A DNA stretch of 64,000 nt from Eukaryota sp. GEM-RC1 (lineage: Eukaryota): positions 2,170,001-2,234,000 of the forward strand of contig JAUFOQ010000006.1 in assembly GCA_040285855.1 (NCBI GenBank). The letters are read 5' to 3'. Positions 59,790-64,000 of the stretch are shown here, one piece after another. The notes beneath the pieces were generated by a model that saw only the letters and a program-made list of their open reading frames with translations, did no database searches and was not told where the DNA came from. The position numbers were made by a program, and so were the translations under genes. Numbering within the stretch: the stretch's first letter is position 1; each line of letters starts with the position of its first letter.

Positions 59790-60707
59790 CTACTTCTTCG
59801 CTTTTTTTGTCCCCTTTTTCGATGCTTTACCAGGCTTTGACTTCAGATTATACTTGACTATTCCTTGTTGGGCAACCTCACCACTTCTATTATTAAAACG
59901 ACGACCTTTGGTCTTCTTGTCTGAATCTTCAGTAGCCACTCCCAGTCGTCGTTGAGCATTGGTTTTATTGGCTTCTTGGCTTTTAGACTTATTCTTGCGT
60001 TGTTGATGTTTACTCAAACACTTCTCCACACGAATTTCTCTCTGAAGAAACAATGCACCGTTCAATTGTAAAGCTACGGGAACTGAAGACTCTGATTTAA
60101 AATGAACATAGGCAGTACCTATGCACTGTACAGCATCTCTATCTCTGTTGACTCGGATATCATAAACGTCACCAGCAGAAGAGAAAAAGTCAAATAGAGA
60201 GTTCTCGTCGGTATGATGGGGTAGATTTCCTACAAATACGCACTTTTTAAAATTTTTCGAAAGATCTTCTGATACTAAATGTGCAAAAAGAATATGATCT
60301 TGATATTTGAAGCAGTTGAGCGCTGAACAACAACTCTGAGCATTTTCTTTTAAAGGGAATTCCACGTAACAATTCTTGGATTTTCTGCCTTCAATCAAGG
60401 AATTTTGGAGAGCGGCAACTTTTTTAGGAATTTTGGTGGTTTTCTCCTTAGAGGAAGATGATCGATCTAGCGGAACAGAACGGAATCGAAGAGAAGATGG
60501 CTTCGAGGGGCAGAGTTTCATCACTTGTTTCTCTGTTGAGTCAACAGGAACATTCTTCAGGATGACGGTAAACGTGACTGTTTTTGATGAAGAAGGTGTT
60601 TCAGTAGGTGTTGAAGAAGGTGTGTTGATAGGAAGTGAATCTAATGGAGCAACAGTGACATTTAAGGTATTAGTTGAAGGTGCTGTGAAAAGGTCAGAGA
60701 GAGCCAT
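59790..60707 (-). CDS. RBM34: Nucleolar two-RRM protein RBM34/Nop12
   Basis: 'MALSDLF', 'SLRFRSVP...PKKVA', 'NCYVEF', 'CVFVGNLP', 'IRVNRDR....IGTAYVHF' and a Lys-rich tail. Confidence 0.85.
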   Translation of the reverse strand: MALSDLFTAPSTNTLNVTVAPLDSLPINTPSSTPTETPSSSKTVTFTVILKNVPVDSTEKQVMKLCPSKPSSLRFRSVPLDRSSSSKEKTTKIPKKVAALQNSLIEGRKSKNCYVEFPLKENAQSCCSALNCFKYQDHILFAHLVSEDLSKNFKKCVFVGNLPHHTDENSLFDFFSSAGDVYDIRVNRDRDAVQCIGTAYVHFKSESSVPVALQLNGALFLQREIRVEKCLSKHQQRKNKSKSQEANKTNAQRRLGVATEDSDKKTKGRRFNNRSGEVAQQGIVKYNLKSKPGKASKKGTKKAKK

Positions 60708-60793
60708 TATATGAAAAAGGCTACAACTAAGGGTGTAATTAGGGTTGTTAAAATGAGCCGAGTCAAGTCGAGTCAAGCCTACAATTTGAAGCT

Positions 60794-60961
60794 TGACTTG
60801 ACTCATGAGTCAACCAAGCCTGACTCGAGCTGACTCATCTTGACTACCTTTGACTTGACTTGACTCATGAGTCAACCAAGCCTGACTCGAGCTGACTCAT
60901 CTTGACTACCTTTGACTTGACTTGACTCATGAGTCAACCGAGCCTGACTCGAGCTGACTCA
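60794..60961. repeat. 62-bp tandem array (~2.7 units), left arm of hAT element
   Basis: Unit gacttgactcatgagtcaaccaagcctgactcgagctgactcatcttgactacctttgactt. Confidence 0.92.
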
Positions 60962-61409
60962 TTTTCAATGCTCTTTTCTATTGTACTTTATAACATAACA
61001 CAAATCTCTACTGTTTTCTACTGATCTGAATTTAATACACCTATTCCGTACCACGAGTGTAAACACAATAAACACCTTGCAGTATTGCAGATAGTCTAGC
61101 CCTTTTCTTTGTTACAATTTGGTTTGCAGCAGAGAACAAACGTTCAATTGCTGCTGAACTTGGCTGCTTAAGTAGTCGCGAGCTGAGCAAGCTGAGCTAG
61201 GATAATCTGATTGGTAGCGTTTCCACCAATCTAGGGGATCCACCACAGCATCGACTATGCCTGTTGATAAGTAAGCTGTCAGCTCATCCCGCACATCAAC
61301 ATGCAAATGAATTTATACAGAGAACTGCTACTAATTCCATGTACACGTGATTGTAATAGAATATGTTTAAATTGTACTAAATTATATTCATTAGAGTAAA
61401 CTTGAGTAG

Positions 61410-61605
61410 AGCTGACTCACAGACAGAAACATAGGCTTGACTCGACTCATGAGTCAAATGAGCCTGACTCGAGCTGACTCACGGACAAAGATATAGGCTT
61501 GACTCGACTCATGAGTCAAATGAGCCTGACTCGAGCTGACTCACGGACAAAGATACAGGCTTGACTCGACTCATGAGTCAAATGAGCCTGACTCGAGCTG
61601 ACTGA
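61410..61605. repeat. 62-bp tandem array (~3 units), right arm of hAT element
   Basis: Unit cttgactcgactcatgagtcaaatgagcctgactcgagctgactcacggacaaagatatagg. Confidence 0.92.
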
Positions 61606-61700
61606 CTCAAAGCTCAGTGAGTCAGCTTGACTCAAAATTACAATCCTAGGTGTAATGGAATATGAAGAACAATTTTCAACACGAACATTTGGTGGACTTA

Positions 61701-62360
61701 CACTTCAGGAAACATTTAGTCTCACTGAGACTAATTCTGTACTCGAGATTTTTATTAGCCATCCCAAAATTAGTCTCACCAAATCTCAGTGAGACTATTT
61801 TTGTACTGAGACTAATTTTGTACTGAGACTATTTTTGTACTGAGACTAATTCTGTACTGAGACTAATTTTGCACAAGTGTTGAAGTGTTAAATTAGACTT
61901 CATTACTCAGATTTGCTCACGAACATACAAATGATCGTCATCATCTAGGCTCCAATCAATTAGTCACTCTCAAATTATGATAGCACGCTTTTTTCTTGAT
62001 GAACAGCAGATTAAACATGGATTTGAACTCGTTTAAAAGACTTTCGATTTGTGTTGGAAGTCAATGCTACTGAAAACGTGTATTCCTGATCACAAATAGA
62101 ATAATATGAGATCTAGATTCAATTGTATACAATTTAAACATACAGAGGTAATTCATTCCAGCTGTTTGTTATTAGTACTGTATGTCTATGGACTGTAAAG
62201 AACAGTTTAATTCAAAAAATAGTTGTTGTATTTGGAAATTGCAGGACAAATATAGTCTCACTAGAGCACTTTTCAATATGAGTAAGACAAAATTAGTCTC
62301 AGTGAGACTAATTTTGTACTGATACTAATTCTGCAGTGAGACTAAATGTTTCCTGAAGTG
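61701..62360. mobile_element. Tc1/mariner-type MITE (660 bp)
   Basis: Perfect 27-bp TIR cacttcaggaaacatttagtctcactg; TA flanks at 61699-700 and 62361-62; internal 19-bp tandem repeats (gtactgagactaattttt-like). Confidence 0.9.
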
Positions 62361-62639
62361 TAGCATGCTATCAACATCATACATGTTCAGATTAAACCCT
62401 AATTACACTGGAAACAATATTGTATTCGATAGGTATTTGTCAATGTATGATGATCTCGTTACTCTCGTTAATACACCTTACTGATCTGGACTTGTACTGT
62501 CAGTTTTATTTAAGGACTTGGGCTCGGTTAATTTATATGATAAAATGCATTTCCAGTAGAATCCTTAGGCCATGTCAGAAAACACGTGTGTTCAACCTTT
62601 GTTTGTTATAATTAACTTTATATTTTATTTGAAAATCTA

Positions 62640-62926
62640 TATTCTAAGTTTTCATTTGTTCCATTTGCAATTTCTATTTTTGGTAATATTGGTCCAGCCG
62701 GTTTAAAGTTTTTCAGTGATTTTAGTCTTTTATGTCGTTCTAATGGCAAGGTGTTTAATAGCGCTGTATGGATTAATCGAATTATGTTCGCTCTTTATAA
62801 AAGCATTCTCAAGTTTTATGTTCCATTTATTCAATGTTGTATAGGGACAATTCTCGTGTTGATGTGGAGAATTTCACTTCTTTCATTTTCTGAATTAGTA
62901 TGTGTTAATTTATTGTTGCAAATAAA
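62640..62926 (+). mobile_element. CRE-like retrotransposon 3' fragment (another divergent family)
   Basis: 'FSFVPFAISIFGNIGPAGLKFFSDF...KVFNSAVWINRIMFALYKSI', ending at an aataaa. Confidence 0.7.
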
Positions 62927-62932
62927 CTCTTA

Positions 62933-63818
62933 CAGTAAACTCTCTCTAATTGCAACCCCTGTAATTGAAAACTCTCTGAAATTGCAACAAAAACCCATGC
63001 CATTGAGTAAAACAATACCAAATTGAAAATTGAAACAATTGAAACAGTTTTTGAGACCTAATTGAAACATTGAAGTCAACTTTATGCTGTATTCTGGGTG
63101 TCGCATCTATAGCTAGCTGCCATATATTGATGTTAGTGTAGAAACAGAGGAAGACGTTGTTGTTTTTCATAAATCCTACAGTACTCTTCTGGTTTTTTCC
63201 ATCATCAACTTCAATATATCATACAAAGTACTGAACATCAACCAAAAGTCAAATACAAAAGCATGCTCGTCAATATTTTGAAGATGATCAAAATACAGAA
63301 ACTGTAACTGCAGAACCTTTCCGCAAAAAAAAGAACTGAATCATTTTTTGAGAATTTTCTCCTATTGTGTTCAAATACTAGTGCATTAGTTTAATGACTT
63401 CACTGCTCTAAATCAAGTGATGATAGATCTTCCAGTAGTGCGGGAAAAAATGAGGGAGCAACATTGGTTCATTTTTTTGTCACCCTTACGAAATATGAAC
63501 GAAACACTGTGTATGTACCATTGTATAATGAGTACTGTCGATATTATGTAAAAATCTTTTTTAAAAAGCGGGATGATTAATTTGAGTCAAGCTAATCACA
63601 TTTGTTTAAGTCCGAGCATTCATGGTAGTTGTTTTGTGGATCAGACTTGTTAATTTGCTCTTGTAGACTACTTAATAACATATTTGATGTTCTGGAATAA
63701 GTGTGGAGGTTGTATTTAGTTTAGGGTAGATTTATAGGAACTCTCTGTAATTGAAAACTCTCTGTAATTGAAACGAAACTCCATTCACCAAGTCGTTTCA
63801 ATTAGAGAGAGTTTACTG
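62933..63818. mobile_element. pogo/Tigger-like MITE (886 bp)
   Basis: TIR cagtaaactctctctaattg / caattagagagagtttactg; TA flanks at 62931-32 and 63819-20; subterminal ctgtaattgaaaactct repeats. Confidence 0.88.
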
Positions 63819-64000
63819 TACTACTTTTATATCCTTTATTTGTAATTTTAAATAATAGACGTTGTAGTTACAGAAAGATACACTCATCTTTTAAGACTCT
63901 AAGTTTGGTAAATCAGGAGTTGTGAATGGTTGTGCCAACTCAACGAAATCAAATTTGAAAATTTACAAATGCTATAATGACACCTACACAGTGTTTCTAC

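Larger units (their letters stand above)
60740..61648 (-). mobile_element. Non-autonomous hAT element (909 bp) with hATC remnant and 62-bp subterminal arrays
   Basis: TIRs tagggttgt / revcomp taggattgt. Perfect 8-bp TSD ggtgtaat at 60732-60739 and 61649-61656. Remnant 'DELTAYL...DPLDWWK..QSDYP....ARDYL / SSAAIERLFSAA..IVTKKRARLS'. Confidence 0.92.

Noticed and set aside
1210..59790. Blastocystis-type stop codons created by polyadenylation, suggested by the ~30-nt introns
   Set aside because: All reconstructed genes have genomic stop codons at the expected positions.
7734..60714. Numerous 60-130 aa antisense or alternate-frame ORFs inside real genes
   Set aside because: These are shadow ORFs of coding sequence with no recognisable motifs.
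60708..60806. N-terminal extension of the RBM34 ORF (MSQVKLQ...)
   Set aside because: The upstream ATG lies within the hAT element; MALSDLF at 60707 is the more plausible start.
60794..61605. CRISPR-like array of palindromic repeats with spacers
   Set aside because: The spacers are identical within each arm, there are no cas genes, the context is eukaryotic, and the arrays lie inside a TSD-bounded hAT element.

Overview
This is a gene-dense nuclear-genome window from a eukaryotic microbe; the species cannot be determined from the sequence alone. It holds about 33 protein-coding genes, including COG4, two tandem long-chain acyl-CoA synthetases, VPS16, calreticulin, a DGK1/dolichol-kinase-like CTP-dependent kinase, a GT8-like glycosyltransferase, condensin CAP-D2/Cnd1, Nup133, NOB1, RNF32-like, a 4-repeat Myb, a CHY zinc finger, SF3B6, V-ATPase B, a prokaryote/giant-virus-type amino-methyltransferase, ITPK1, MCM4, RPA12, a LAG1 ceramide synthase, a SUN protein and RBM34/Nop12. 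Most genes lack introns. The five supported introns are 28-34 nt, start GTAYG, and all have T at -9 and A at -7 from the 3' end, which suggests a fixed branch-point/3'SS spacing. Genes often sit head-to-head with only 19-71 bp between ATGs, or tail-to-tail with as little as 15 bp between stops. The larger gaps are filled with transposon debris: four hAT elements with 8-bp TSDs, three Tc1/mariner-pogo elements with TA TSDs, and at least seven CRE-like (restriction-like endonuclease) non-LTR retrotransposon fragments, two of which have clear TSDs. About 18 single-base frameshifts of both signs, located in homopolymers, break otherwise intact genes. They are most parsimoniously long-read consensus errors rather than recoding.
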